A DNA stretch of 20,000 nucleotides from an uncultured virus (IMG/VR IMGVR_UViG_3300034072_000228) (lineage: Duplodnaviria; Heunggongvirae; Uroviricota; Caudoviricetes). The stretch lies in IMG/VR virus record IMGVR_UViG_3300034072_000228; one strand, given 5' to 3'. The position numbers and the translations under genes are program-made. Under the pieces are notes generated by a model, which was not told the origin of the DNA, searched no databases, and saw only the letters and a program-made list of their open reading frames with translations. Positions 1 to 8,771 of the stretch are shown here, piece by piece; position 1 is the stretch's first letter, and every line of letters begins with the position of its first letter.

Positions 1-1696
1 AGCCGCCTTTACCACCAGCACCACTACCTCCTGCACCACCACCGCCACCGCCGCCTGTATTATCCGTACCGGCAGTTCCCGTTGCGCCAGACGTTGAACC
101 GGCATTCCCACCACCGCCCTTTTGAGATGTTGTAGACGTTCCACCACCTAAGCCGCCGGTTCCAGTAAATGATCCACCGCCACCTCCCCCGGAGTAATAA
201 ACCGTAGATCCCGTTATTGTTGAAGTGCTAGCTACACCACCATCACCACCGTTTGTTGCCCCTGCGGTTCCTGCGCCGCCAGCGCCACCGCCACCACCAG
301 AGCTATAACTAGGCGCTCCACCCCCATTACCACCGCTATTTCCTTGCCCAGAAGGGCTTGTTGAAGCAGAACCTCCTGTTGTTGTTGGAGGGTTTATCGC
401 CTGCCCAAATCCGCCACCTCCAGAACCACCACTTCCGGCTGATGCGTTTGGACTTGTTGTTGCTCCGCTCCCACCGCCTTCTGATGTAACGGTGTCAAAT
501 ACGCTATTACCTCCTTTACCGGACGCCACTCCAGATGATCCAGCCGTTCCACCAGCCCCAACTGTTATCGTGTATTCAGTGCTAGCACTAACAGGATGAG
601 CGCTGCCAGTTCTAAATCCTCCAGCCCCACCACCACCTGCTCTGTCATAACCCCCACCCCCACCACCCGCAACCACAAGGTAGTCAACAGAGGTCACACC
701 CGTAGGACATTTCCACTTAGTCGTGCCTTTGAATACAAAGACGGTTTGGCTAGGTACGGTGTACTTGAGGATAACAATGCCGGAGCCGCCACCCACAGCC
801 GTAGTACTAAAAGACGCGCCGCCGCCGCCGCCACCGGTATTTGCTGAACCCGCCGTTGGATTTTGTAAAACTGAACCAGAATTACCTGAGTAAGCTCCGT
901 TTCCACCACCACCTTTTTGATCTGATGGGCTTGACACCCCTCCACCAAGACCGAAAGCATTCTTTACTGGCCCTGTGTAACTATTAGGTCTTGCACCACC
1001 ACCGCCACCGCCAGCATAGTAAGTTGTGGCCCCAGTAATGGTTGTTGATAAGGCCGTACCACCATCTCCAGCTTTACCAAAATTTGATATTCCATCAACT
1101 GTTGCGGTTCCATTAGCGGCTTGTCCCGCACCGCCTGCTCCACCGCCACCGCCCCCTACATAATTAGCGTATGAACCTCTATCTATTGATCCAACGCCTC
1201 CAGAATTACCCTGAGACGGCGCATCGGTTGAAGTTCCTGTTACTTTGTTACCAATACCTGCTGCTGGTGGCCCTGAGTCAGACCCTCCAGATCCCCCGCC
1301 CGAACCTCCGTTAATGCCAGCTCCGTTATAAGTCCCGCCGTAGCCGCCACCCTGTGAAGTTAGCGTAGAAAACGGAGATGGCCCTGCAATGGATGATGTA
1401 GATCCATTTGTACCGCCGCTTGCGCCCCCCGCCCCGACAGTGATGGTGTAATCTTGTCCTGCGGTTACCGAAACACCTGTTCCAGTACGAAAACCACCAG
1501 CGCCACCTCCACCGCCCCCTGCTGGGTTTGTAGCTGATCCTCCACCTCCACCAGCCACTACCAAATACTCAACCTCTGTCACCCCAGTAGGGCATGTCCA
1601 CGTTGAGGTAGCCGTAAAGGTTTGGACGACGGTGTATCCACCACCACCGCCACCAGCAAATACTTGTCCAATTAGGACAGACAAAATACCTGTCAT
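1..1696 (-). CDS. Glycine-rich tail adhesin/virion protein with two Gly-rich domains (3'-truncated, >=565 aa)
   Basis: Absent from the ORF track because it runs off the edge. ATG at 1696 overlaps the upstream TGA (ATGA). Translates MTGILSVLIGQVFAGGGGGGYTVVQTFTATSTWTCPTGVTEVEYLVVAGGGGG..., with a second unit ...GGGSGIVILKYTVPSQTVFVFKGTTKWKCPTGVTSVDYLVVAGGGGG near 790-650. The same frame reads ...AGGKGG at the window edge. Confidence 0.88.
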   Translation of the reverse strand, partial: MTGILSVLIGQVFAGGGGGGYTVVQTFTATSTWTCPTGVTEVEYLVVAGGGGGSATNPAGGGGGGAGGFRTGTGVSVTAGQDYTITVGAGGASGGTNGSTSSIAGPSPFSTLTSQGGGYGGTYNGAGINGGSGGGSGGSDSGPPAAGIGNKVTGTSTDAPSQGNSGGVGSIDRGSYANYVGGGGGGAGGAGQAANGTATVDGISNFGKAGDGGTALSTTITGATTYYAGGGGGGARPNSYTGPVKNAFGLGGGVSSPSDQKGGGGNGAYSGNSGSVLQNPTAGSANTGGGGGGASFSTTAVGGGSGIVILKYTVPSQTVFVFKGTTKWKCPTGVTSVDYLVVAGGGGGGYDRAGGGGAGGFRTGSAHPVSASTEYTITVGAGGTAGSSGVASGKGGNSVFDTVTSEGGGSGATTSPNASAGSGGSGGGGFGQAINPPTTTGGSASTSPSGQGNSGGNGGGAPSYSSGGGGGAGGAGTAGATNGGDGGVASTSTITGSTVYYSGGGGGGSFTGTGGLGGGTSTTSQKGGGGNAGSTSGATGTAGTDNTGGGGGGGAGGSGAGGKGG

Positions 1697-2349
1697 GACA
1701 CGTTCCCAGAAACCACGCAAACCGTACCCGAGATAAATAGAATCGTAGCTACACCCCTTGTTGCTAGCGTCATCGTGGCTTTGTCTGTATCCGTTCCTGC
1801 TATGTAAGCCGTCGTTATCGACATCGTTAGCGTGATGGATGAAGATGAGTTATTAAAGATAACCACCACATCGCCAGCAGCAAATGTTGCATCGGGTACG
1901 GTCTGGCCTGCACTCACCGATAGCAACTTACCAACATCGCCAACTACAAGCGTATTGGTTGCATTGCTAGATACAGGCACATTCCTAAACCCAACTGGAT
2001 TCGTACCATCTACCGTACAACTTGATAGCGTTCCAGACGATGGTGTACCTAAAGCACCGTTAAGCGGCACTGCTCCAATCGTGTTGTAGCTAATCGTTTT
2101 AGCCGCAGAACCATTGAACGTAGCTCCTGACGCATCACCAGCGCCACCGCTGTTCATGGTCAAGGCATTAGACGTTGTGCCACCTACGGTTGCAAAACTC
2201 AGCGTTCCTGAACCGTCGGTGACTAATCCTTGCCCGTTCGTTCCATCTGTACCAGGAAGCGTGAACGTTGTGTTAGAAGAGGTGTTGGCAGACTGAAACG
2301 TCGTCGTCCCAGTGCCACTTGCATTACCTTGGAATTTGATCTTACTCAT
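1693..2349 (-). CDS. Short tail fibre-like protein (218 aa)
   Basis: TFTLPGTDGTNGQGLVTDGSGTLSF and GALGTPSSGTL fibre motifs; beta-rich C-terminal domain; AAGGAAG upstream of ATG. Confidence 0.75.
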   Translation of the reverse strand: MSKIKFQGNASGTGTTTFQSANTSSNTTFTLPGTDGTNGQGLVTDGSGTLSFATVGGTTSNALTMNSGGAGDASGATFNGSAAKTISYNTIGAVPLNGALGTPSSGTLSSCTVDGTNPVGFRNVPVSSNATNTLVVGDVGKLLSVSAGQTVPDATFAAGDVVVIFNNSSSSITLTMSITTAYIAGTDTDKATMTLATRGVATILFISGTVCVVSGNVS

Positions 2350-2358
2350 CTCGCTTCC

Positions 2359-4995
2359 TTAACCTAAAATCATCCAGGCTTGGCCCGTACCAACAGTAAC
2401 CGAATATCCTGCCGCTACTGTTACAGGTGACACTGATAACCCATTTGTATTACTTGTGAATGTGTAGTTCTGGCTAATCACAATCTGTGACTCAAGAACC
2501 GGGCCACCTGAACCACCCCCACCTCCAGAAGCCCATGTAAGCTGCCCCGTGCCATCCGTCTGCAAGAAGTAACCCGCAGAACCATAATCCGTCGGGAATG
2601 TGTAAGTCTGCGTTGACGTTGTGGCTGCATTACTTGGTTGAATACGCAGCGTCATCGTGCCAGAACCTGCGTCGTTAGACTGAAGCTCTAAGTAACCCGA
2701 TGTACCAGCACCTGTATTAGCCGTAATCTGTGCATAACCAACAAATGATGCCTGACCAATATCAGTAATCGTTGCACTTGAATTCTGTATAACCTTGCCC
2801 GTGGTTGAATCAAACCTGGCAATTGCATTATCCGTAGAACTTGCAGGCCCAGTGACATCACCGCCAGCCGCCAAGGTCGCATACTCTAAACCCGTGGCAG
2901 ATCCATTCACACGCAAGTACTGGTTAGCCGTACCTAGTGCAGATAATCCTGTACCGCCATTACTGTAATTCAGCGTTCCAGTAACACCTGTTGCAAGCGG
3001 CAACCCCGTGGCATTTGCCAAACCTATTGAAGATGGCGTACCTGCATCGCCTTCATAAAGAACAACACCGCCAGTAGTCCCTACCGTCAAACCTAAAGCC
3101 GTGGATACACCCGTACCAAGACCCGATACACCGGTTGTGATTGGTAATCCCGTGGCATTAGTTAACGTACCTGTACTTGGCGTACCCAAAGCACCGTTAA
3201 ATAATACCGGCGCTCCTGCTGTACCAACTGACTGGCCTAGAGCCGTCGCAATACCAGAACCCAACCCACTAACACCCGTAGATATGGGAAGGCCAGTCGT
3301 GTTAGTCAACGTACCGGATGATGGCGTACCTAACGCACCACCAGGCACGATGTAATCTGTACCTGCAACCGCTGCACTCACTACACCCGTAGTACCTTTC
3401 AGGATGCCTGACAAGGTAGAGTTAGTAATGAGTTTTCCTGTAGTCCCGCTAAAAACTGGGAGTTGTCCGTTTGTTGAACTTGCCGGTCCAACAACATCAC
3501 CAACGCCTACAGCCGCACCATATTCCAGCGCCGTACCACCGCTATTAACTCTCAGTACTTGCCCAGCCGTACCAAGTGCCGTAAGACCCGTGCCACCCGA
3601 TGTAATAGGCAGCGCCGTACCAGAGTAAGTAAGTGTCAGGGTACCTGCGCCAGTAACCGGCGATCCCGATACCGTGAACATGGCAGGTGCTGATATACCC
3701 ACCGAGGTAACCGTACCTACACCAACCACCGAACCCCACTTCACGCCATAAGGCTCCGTGGAATCAGCAATAAGTACTTGCGTATCTGTACCTACAGGAA
3801 GTCTGACATTATCGCTTCCCGTATTAACAATTAAATCACCCTTGGTGGTCGTCGGTGCTAGCGCATCAAAAGCTGATGTCTTGTCGGCCTGCCCTGTACC
3901 ACCAGCCGTGATTGCTAACGTACCGCCTAGCGTGATGGTCCCGGATGTAGTAATCGGCCCGCCAGAAGTCGTAAACCCTGTACTACCACCAGATACGTTA
4001 ACCGACGTAACTGTTCCCGATCCAACAGTTGCATACTCAAGCCCCGACGCACCTGAGTTAACCCGCAATACCTGCCCCGCGGTCCCTAGTGAATTAAGCG
4101 CCGTACCACCATTGGCAATAGGTAATGTCCCTGTTACACCCGTAGACAACGGCAACGCAGTTGCATTCGTTAGCACCGCCGCAGCTGGCGTACCTAGATT
4201 AGGCGTTACAAGCGTAGGACTTGTCGCAAATACTAATGATCCAGTGCCTGTGTCATCAGATATAACGCCCCGTAACTGGTCAGACGTTGTTGATGCAAAG
4301 ACCGATAAATTGTCTTGCGTATAAGCAACCGTACCACCTGCCCCAAACGCAGCCGATGATCCATCCGTACCCGTGAAAGTCAGGGTATTGCTAGCCGTTA
4401 AGGTCTTACCATCCGCTACGGTAAGCGTAGATCCCGTGGCCGGAGAAGTGATTGTTACTTTGTTGTACTTACCTGCTGTGATGTCACCAGTCGTATCAGC
4501 AATCGTGGCGGCTGAATTCTGTATTAACTTACCTGATGTACCGTCATACCGAGCAATTGCATTATCAGTCGCAGACGCAGGACCATTCATCCCCGCAAAG
4601 GCGTAATCCGATCCATCCCAATAAACAACAGCAGCAGCACCTGCTGTAATGGTTACGCCCGTGGTGGCAGAAGCCTTGATAACAACACTTCCATCCGATG
4701 CGTTGTTAACCAAATACCAGCTACGGCTTGTTGAGCCGCCCGGTGCAATAACATTTCTTGATGTACCAGGCGTACCCGTTACATTTAAGATGGCATAACG
4801 TGCTTGGTTGCTTGCCGATCCATCACCGTTGGTTAACGTGATATTCCCAGATGTAACGTCTAGCGTTACCGATCCGGCAACCGCAACATCCACAGGCGAC
4901 GTAAGCGCATCGTTGATGGTCGTGCCCCAAGTTCCATCCTCTGTACCATTAACAGGCTGGGCTAACTTAAGTAGCGTTGTGTAATTGATGGTCAT
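2359..4995 (-). CDS. Long tail fibre protein (878 aa; start revised from 5016 to 4995)
   Basis: The ATG of MTINYTTLLKL at 4995 overlaps the micro-ORF stop (ATGA). N-terminal anchor motif GTWGTTIN; recurring L(P/A/N)(I/Y)xxGGT, GPAS(S/A)T(D/N) and GTPSSGTLTN repeats; G/T/S/A-rich throughout. Confidence 0.88.
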   Translation of the reverse strand: MTINYTTLLKLAQPVNGTEDGTWGTTINDALTSPVDVAVAGSVTLDVTSGNITLTNGDGSASNQARYAILNVTGTPGTSRNVIAPGGSTSRSWYLVNNASDGSVVIKASATTGVTITAGAAAVVYWDGSDYAFAGMNGPASATDNAIARYDGTSGKLIQNSAATIADTTGDITAGKYNKVTITSPATGSTLTVADGKTLTASNTLTFTGTDGSSAAFGAGGTVAYTQDNLSVFASTTSDQLRGVISDDTGTGSLVFATSPTLVTPNLGTPAAAVLTNATALPLSTGVTGTLPIANGGTALNSLGTAGQVLRVNSGASGLEYATVGSGTVTSVNVSGGSTGFTTSGGPITTSGTITLGGTLAITAGGTGQADKTSAFDALAPTTTKGDLIVNTGSDNVRLPVGTDTQVLIADSTEPYGVKWGSVVGVGTVTSVGISAPAMFTVSGSPVTGAGTLTLTYSGTALPITSGGTGLTALGTAGQVLRVNSGGTALEYGAAVGVGDVVGPASSTNGQLPVFSGTTGKLITNSTLSGILKGTTGVVSAAVAGTDYIVPGGALGTPSSGTLTNTTGLPISTGVSGLGSGIATALGQSVGTAGAPVLFNGALGTPSTGTLTNATGLPITTGVSGLGTGVSTALGLTVGTTGGVVLYEGDAGTPSSIGLANATGLPLATGVTGTLNYSNGGTGLSALGTANQYLRVNGSATGLEYATLAAGGDVTGPASSTDNAIARFDSTTGKVIQNSSATITDIGQASFVGYAQITANTGAGTSGYLELQSNDAGSGTMTLRIQPSNAATTSTQTYTFPTDYGSAGYFLQTDGTGQLTWASGGGGGSGGPVLESQIVISQNYTFTSNTNGLSVSPVTVAAGYSVTVGTGQAWMILG
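2970..3340 (-). repeat. About 2.5 tandem 48-aa repeats in the tail fibre
   Basis: GALGTPSSGTLTNTTGLPISTGVSGLGSGIATALGQSVGTAGAPVLFN / GALGTPSTGTLTNATGLPITTGVSGLGTGVSTALGLTVGTTGGVVLYE / GDAGTPSSIGLANATGLPLATGV. Confidence 0.9.
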
Positions 4996-5084
4996 ACTGT
5001 CACCACCTGAGTCCAAGTCGTCGTTACGCCAGGAGTAATACCTCCCCAGCTAGCCGTTTGCGTCGTTGTGATTGTTGTCCACAT
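4992..5084 (-). CDS. 30-aa micro-ORF with Trp every 11 residues
   Basis: MWTTITTTQTASWGGITPGVTTTWTQVVTV*. Starts 1 nt after the upstream TAG, its TGA overlaps the tail fibre ATG, and it fills the gap exactly. Confidence 0.7.
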   Translation of the reverse strand: MWTTITTTQTASWGGITPGVTTTWTQVVTV

Positions 5085-5085
5085 A

Positions 5086-5514
5086 CTAAGCAATCCTTAA
5101 TACAGCATTTGTTGCGTCTGCCGCCGGGAAGGTAATCACAAGATTCTGTGCTGACTTCGTGATATTCACCCCGAAGTTTAATACTGCAACCGACCGATTA
5201 CCATTGGTTGAGTTATAAATTAACCCGCCATTGGTCGTCAATGTCACGTTTGTGAATGTTGCCGTGTCAAAAGACCAGTACGCAGTAGTTCCTTGAAAGG
5301 TTGGCGTGATGTTTGTGAGGGTAATTCCGCCGGCCGAATAATTGGCTCCACTGGATTCACCCGCTGCGGTGTAAGCAGTCGTTGAGGCACCGAGATCCGC
5401 GTTGGCGGTGTATAAGGCCAGCTTAAAGACATCGCCCGTCCCCGTTGTAAAGTTATGCAAGCCCTGAGCCAACTCAACTTTGAAGCTTGTTGTCAGGGTT
5501 TGTATGATCGCCAT
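5086..5514 (-). CDS. Conserved phage virion (tail-associated) protein (142 aa)
   Basis: MAIIQTLTTSFK...FKLALYT...YSAGGITL...LIYNST...AVLNFG...ITFP pattern, which I recognise from proteins encoded just before tail fibres in aquatic phages. 1-nt overlap with the upstream stop. Confidence 0.75.
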   Translation of the reverse strand: MAIIQTLTTSFKVELAQGLHNFTTGTGDVFKLALYTANADLGASTTAYTAAGESSGANYSAGGITLTNITPTFQGTTAYWSFDTATFTNVTLTTNGGLIYNSTNGNRSVAVLNFGVNITKSAQNLVITFPAADATNAVLRIA

Positions 5515-6185
5515 TACACCACCTTATCCCTAACCTGCCCAGACCTGTAAGCATCCTGACGGTCAAGACCATCACCAAGACGCTTAGCAAGGATAAGCGC
5601 TTCTTTATACCGGTTAGTTACATTTTGGATTAAGTCTGGCTCACCCTTCAAGAATGTATAAGCCTCTACCAGACATCCATAAAGCAATACTGAATCAAAG
5701 TTATCGCTCAGCCACGTTGTATTTGTATCCGTATCCGTGACAGCAATAGACGTTGGATAGTAAAAGTAATGCAGCTCTACACTGTAAGCAGCATCTGGCG
5801 TTGGGCCTAAAAGAAATACCCACTCTTTCTCATCCGTGGAATCTGGTCCGAATATGGCATAGCAATAAGGCTCACCAGTATTGCCAGATCCCGTGGGCGC
5901 GGGAAAAGCCTCACGGATAAAGTTCACATCCTTGTTGAGCAAGTACTTGTAAGAACCTGCCGCATCAATCACTGCTATTGAATAAGGGGCTAAGAAATCC
6001 GTAGGCGCCTGTAAGTAGCGATTGTTAATCGTACAGGTTCCAGTCACGTTCTTACGTAGCGATGGAAACTGTATCGTATTGAAGATCCGCTGCTCAGCTT
6101 GTTTGGCAAACGTCTGAAGTGATGTCGTATCAAACGTCGTTTCACAATAATCTTGTATCGCAGTCTTAAGCTCGCCCCAATTCAT
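5514..6185 (-). CDS. Head-tail adaptor / tail tubular A-like protein (223 aa)
   Basis: N-terminal helices (MNWGELKTAIQDY...AEQRI), LQAPTDF, GEPYCYA, LGPTPDAAYSVELHY, WLSDNFDSVLLYGCLVEAY. RBS AGGAG. Confidence 0.75.
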   Translation of the reverse strand: MNWGELKTAIQDYCETTFDTTSLQTFAKQAEQRIFNTIQFPSLRKNVTGTCTINNRYLQAPTDFLAPYSIAVIDAAGSYKYLLNKDVNFIREAFPAPTGSGNTGEPYCYAIFGPDSTDEKEWVFLLGPTPDAAYSVELHYFYYPTSIAVTDTDTNTTWLSDNFDSVLLYGCLVEAYTFLKGEPDLIQNVTNRYKEALILAKRLGDGLDRQDAYRSGQVRDKVV

Positions 6186-6194
6186 GATGGCTCC

Positions 6195-6455
6195 TTAAGC
6201 CATTGGCCCTCGGCACATCGTACCTTTAGTCGCAGCCCCGGCTCCGCGCATTTTAATGCCAGATGTCTTAACCTGGTTATTAGGATTCATAGCCACACCA
6301 TGCGTGGGCTGCCAATCTTTAACCATGTTATAGGGCATTTCCTTACCCGGATTGGGCGATGCAACCACCTTGGCGCCGGTCATCGTATGCGGCTCTGCGT
6401 AAACAGACGCCGATCCAACTTCCTTGCCACCAACCTTCATTGAGTACTTAGCCAT
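6195..6455 (-). CDS. Small basic hypothetical protein (86 aa)
   Basis: Lys/Met/Gly-rich; MKVGG near the N-terminus and KMRGAGAATKG...RGPMA at the C-terminus; operon-coupled. Confidence 0.75.
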   Translation of the reverse strand: MAKYSMKVGGKEVGSASVYAEPHTMTGAKVVASPNPGKEMPYNMVKDWQPTHGVAMNPNNQVKTSGIKMRGAGAATKGTMCRGPMA

Positions 6456-6458
6456 GGA

Positions 6459-6629
6459 TTACCCCTGGTTACGTGCACGGGCAACATTACGCCCCATCTT
6501 CTTCATCATCTCTGATGTAGGACCACCCTTACGCATCTTGGTTAAAGGCTTACCTGGGTGCATGGCTTTTTCATGCTTGTGTACCGCAGCAGCCGCGGTC
6601 TTTTTGTCCTGCTTGATGTCGTCTTTCAT
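6459..6629 (-). CDS. Small basic hypothetical protein (56 aa), below the ORF-track cutoff
   Basis: MKDDIKQDKKTAAAAVHKHEKAMHPGKPLTKMRKGGPTSEMMKKMGRNVARARNQG*. AGGAG RBS at 6635-6639; fills the gap between its neighbours. Confidence 0.85.
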   Translation of the reverse strand: MKDDIKQDKKTAAAAVHKHEKAMHPGKPLTKMRKGGPTSEMMKKMGRNVARARNQG

Positions 6630-6637
6630 GTCGGCTC

Positions 6638-7063
6638 CTAAGATACAGTGACACTGTTCAACAATGCTTGACCCACAAGATGGTTAGGGGTCATGCCGTA
6701 ATCGTATGATCTTGCACCGCCAACAGGGTTGAAGCCCCACTCGATCGTTCGGCTTCCTTCTAGCGGAACACCCGTATAAAGCGGGTTAGTTCCTACCGTG
6801 TTGTTCGTCTGCATCCCGTTGTAGCCTGACTGGTAATACGAATTGGAATCGGGACGGGGATTCCGTACGGCCTGCGGATCGTCCACGGGCCACATTCCTA
6901 ACTGCAACTGCGGCTGATCAGGATTCCAGCACTCAGGACATGCCAATATATTGACATTTTTTGTCTTAATTACCAAGTCCTTGAGTTGCTTAAGTTTATA
7001 CCGAAATCCGCAGATATCACACTGCGCTATGGCAAACTTACCAGATGCAAATTTATTGGGCAT
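6638..7063 (-). CDS. Zinc-ribbon-like phage protein (141 aa)
   Basis: CDICG...CPECW Cys pairs followed by DQPQL...DPQAVRNPRPD. Confidence 0.8.
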   Translation of the reverse strand: MPNKFASGKFAIAQCDICGFRYKLKQLKDLVIKTKNVNILACPECWNPDQPQLQLGMWPVDDPQAVRNPRPDSNSYYQSGYNGMQTNNTVGTNPLYTGVPLEGSRTIEWGFNPVGGARSYDYGMTPNHLVGQALLNSVTVS

Positions 7064-7544
7064 TTTCTGTCCAATGGGGTTGAGCTGGCTCTTTCATAGA
7101 TGCCCTTATTTCTTGCAACATCTTTCTCATGTCAAGCCTTGCTTGCATAACTTCATCTGGTATTGGATTTGACTGGTTGCCGTATTTCTTTCCGTTTGGG
7201 TCTCGTATTGGATATTTCAACGCCACGGAAATTTGTTCATGTTTTACTACTGTGTACTGATGGATTTGGCTTAAAAACTCCATCGCCAAGTCGTTTTTTA
7301 CTCCCCACCTATATTGAACAGACCATCTTCTGCCATTTGGCGTACGATCTCTGCTCGCTACAATTTTCCCGCCAAACCAGTTCATCAGTAACTCTAAGCA
7401 TGGCACATTTGTTTGGCTAACCTGAGCATGAAGTACAGTTCTTATGCCATGTCTACATCTATCATTTTTTGCTAGCTCAACAATGACGCATCCTTCGCCG
7501 TCAAAGAAACCAGCGGCCCAAGCTAATTGTGTTGGTGTAGGCAT
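7053..7544 (-). mobile_element. Free-standing single-motif LAGLIDADG homing endonuclease (163 aa; start revised from 7616 to 7544)
   Basis: LAWAAGFFDGEG helix near the N-terminus, with VSQTN, WFGGKI, YRW and TVVKHEQ matching the I-CreI-type layout. ATG lies 1 nt after the upstream TAA. Confidence 0.88.
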
Positions 7545-7547
7545 TTT
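7059..7547. repeat. 8-bp direct repeat GGCATTTT (AAAATGCC on the minus strand) at 7059-7066 and 7540-7547
   Basis: Read directly. Each copy contains a start codon (endonuclease gene and zinc-ribbon gene). Confidence 0.7.
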
Positions 7548-8520
7548 AGTACCCGCCTGATCCCAAAAATCCCTGCCTCGGTACAAACCTAATCGGCGCC
7601 TTCTCACGGTCTTCATCTGCCGCTAACTGCCATGCCTCATCATACTGAGCCTTCAGCATAGCCATGCGCTCTAACCCGCCTTCCACTTTCATGGATAGCT
7701 TATAAGCTAATCCGGCAATCAAAGCCTCTTGGAATCTGAATGGGATGTCTTCCACATTCACACCATTCCCTGCGTCTTGCAACCTTCTCATCCGCCAATA
7801 AACAAGCGTGTAATAAGGTGTCGTAATCGATCCTTGATCCGGGGCCGGCCAAACCGTGACATTTGGAAACTTGGTATTACTTACCGCATCACCCGCTGTA
7901 TGCGATGCAGCCGTTGTATTGTTCTGTCCACGCACCACATTATCAAGCGTTGCATAGGCCGAAACACCAGTCGCCACATTCTCGGCTTGGGTTGAAGTAC
8001 CGTAGTAATAAACCGTCTCCGTGCCAATGTTTGCATATCCTGCATATGGTATCCCCGTGAGGCTAGACATCGGTATTGACGTATCAGAGGATGTAATGTT
8101 GGCTGCAAGCGTTCCAGTAAAGACATAAGTTTGACCACCCTGCCTGTCAATGTAGATCTGAATAGGCCGCCCCGTGGCAAGCTTGTTGGGGATGGTTGAA
8201 TAAGTACTAACGGAGATTCTGCTGATATTAATATCCGTCTGGTTCTGGCTTTCCCCTGTTCGGATAATCGTTTCAACAAGATCAACTGTATTAATCGGTA
8301 ACGGGTAGGTAATCTGATTGGCATAGAGCTGAATAGCACCTTGCTCCATGGTCCATAAATTTATCCCACGGTTTGCAAACTCGGTAAGCAAAAGATTAAG
8401 CGAGCGTCTGGCCGTCCGTAAATCATAGCCAGACCTTAATTCCCTGCCGCAGCGTTCGTACGCTTCCTCAACAAGCTCATTTAAGTTTGGGTTAAAACTT
8501 GTGGTACCGGAGGTGGTCAT
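7546..8520 (-). CDS. Adaptor/connector-like virion protein with an inserted beta domain (324 aa)
   Basis: ELVEEAYERCG...ARRSLNLLL..ANRGINLW, YSTIPNK..GRP, VWPAPD, DIPFRFQEALIAGLAYKL. GAGG RBS. Confidence 0.72.
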   Translation of the reverse strand: MTTSGTTSFNPNLNELVEEAYERCGRELRSGYDLRTARRSLNLLLTEFANRGINLWTMEQGAIQLYANQITYPLPINTVDLVETIIRTGESQNQTDINISRISVSTYSTIPNKLATGRPIQIYIDRQGGQTYVFTGTLAANITSSDTSIPMSSLTGIPYAGYANIGTETVYYYGTSTQAENVATGVSAYATLDNVVRGQNNTTAASHTAGDAVSNTKFPNVTVWPAPDQGSITTPYYTLVYWRMRRLQDAGNGVNVEDIPFRFQEALIAGLAYKLSMKVEGGLERMAMLKAQYDEAWQLAADEDREKAPIRFVPRQGFLGSGGY

Positions 8521-8522
8521 GA

Positions 8523-8771
8523 TTACCTCTTAGCTGTCAGCGCCGACTTGCGAAATGCTTCTGCCGTGGGCGCACCTTTAGCACCAGGCTTTCTCATTTT
8601 CTCACCCGATCCTGCCGCAATACGCTTACGCTTGGCATTAATATTGGCGTATAACCCGACCTCGCCGCCCTGCGCAAACTGCATAAAGTCGGTGTTATCA
8701 CGTCGGGATTTTAATTTGGCCTTGGGCATTTTGGAAGGGTTGATATCCCCCATTCCCCTGCTTTTCATCAT
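8523..8771 (-). CDS. Small basic two-module protein (82 aa)
   Basis: MMKSRGMGDINPSKMP...FAQGG followed by GLYANINAKRKRIAAGSGEKMRKPGAKGAPT. GGGAG RBS lies inside the upstream gene. Confidence 0.8.
   Translation of the reverse strand: MMKSRGMGDINPSKMPKAKLKSRRDNTDFMQFAQGGEVGLYANINAKRKRIAAGSGEKMRKPGAKGAPTAEAFRKSALTAKR

Noticed and set aside
694..1149. Minus-strand ORFs 694..960 and 964..1149 (also 2688..2882, 3545..3739, 5244..5477, 7881..8339, 16584..16784, 19762..19983)
   Set aside because: Out-of-frame ORFs nested inside better-supported genes.
1..1696. Diversity-generating retroelement TR/VR pair
   Set aside because: No reverse transcriptase in the window, and the two Gly-rich units are broadly divergent rather than differing only at adenines.
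7053..7616. Group I intron or intein hosting the LAGLIDADG
   Set aside because: The ORF fills the entire insert, leaving no room for a ribozyme core. Both flanking genes are intact and there are no intein C1 or HN motifs.
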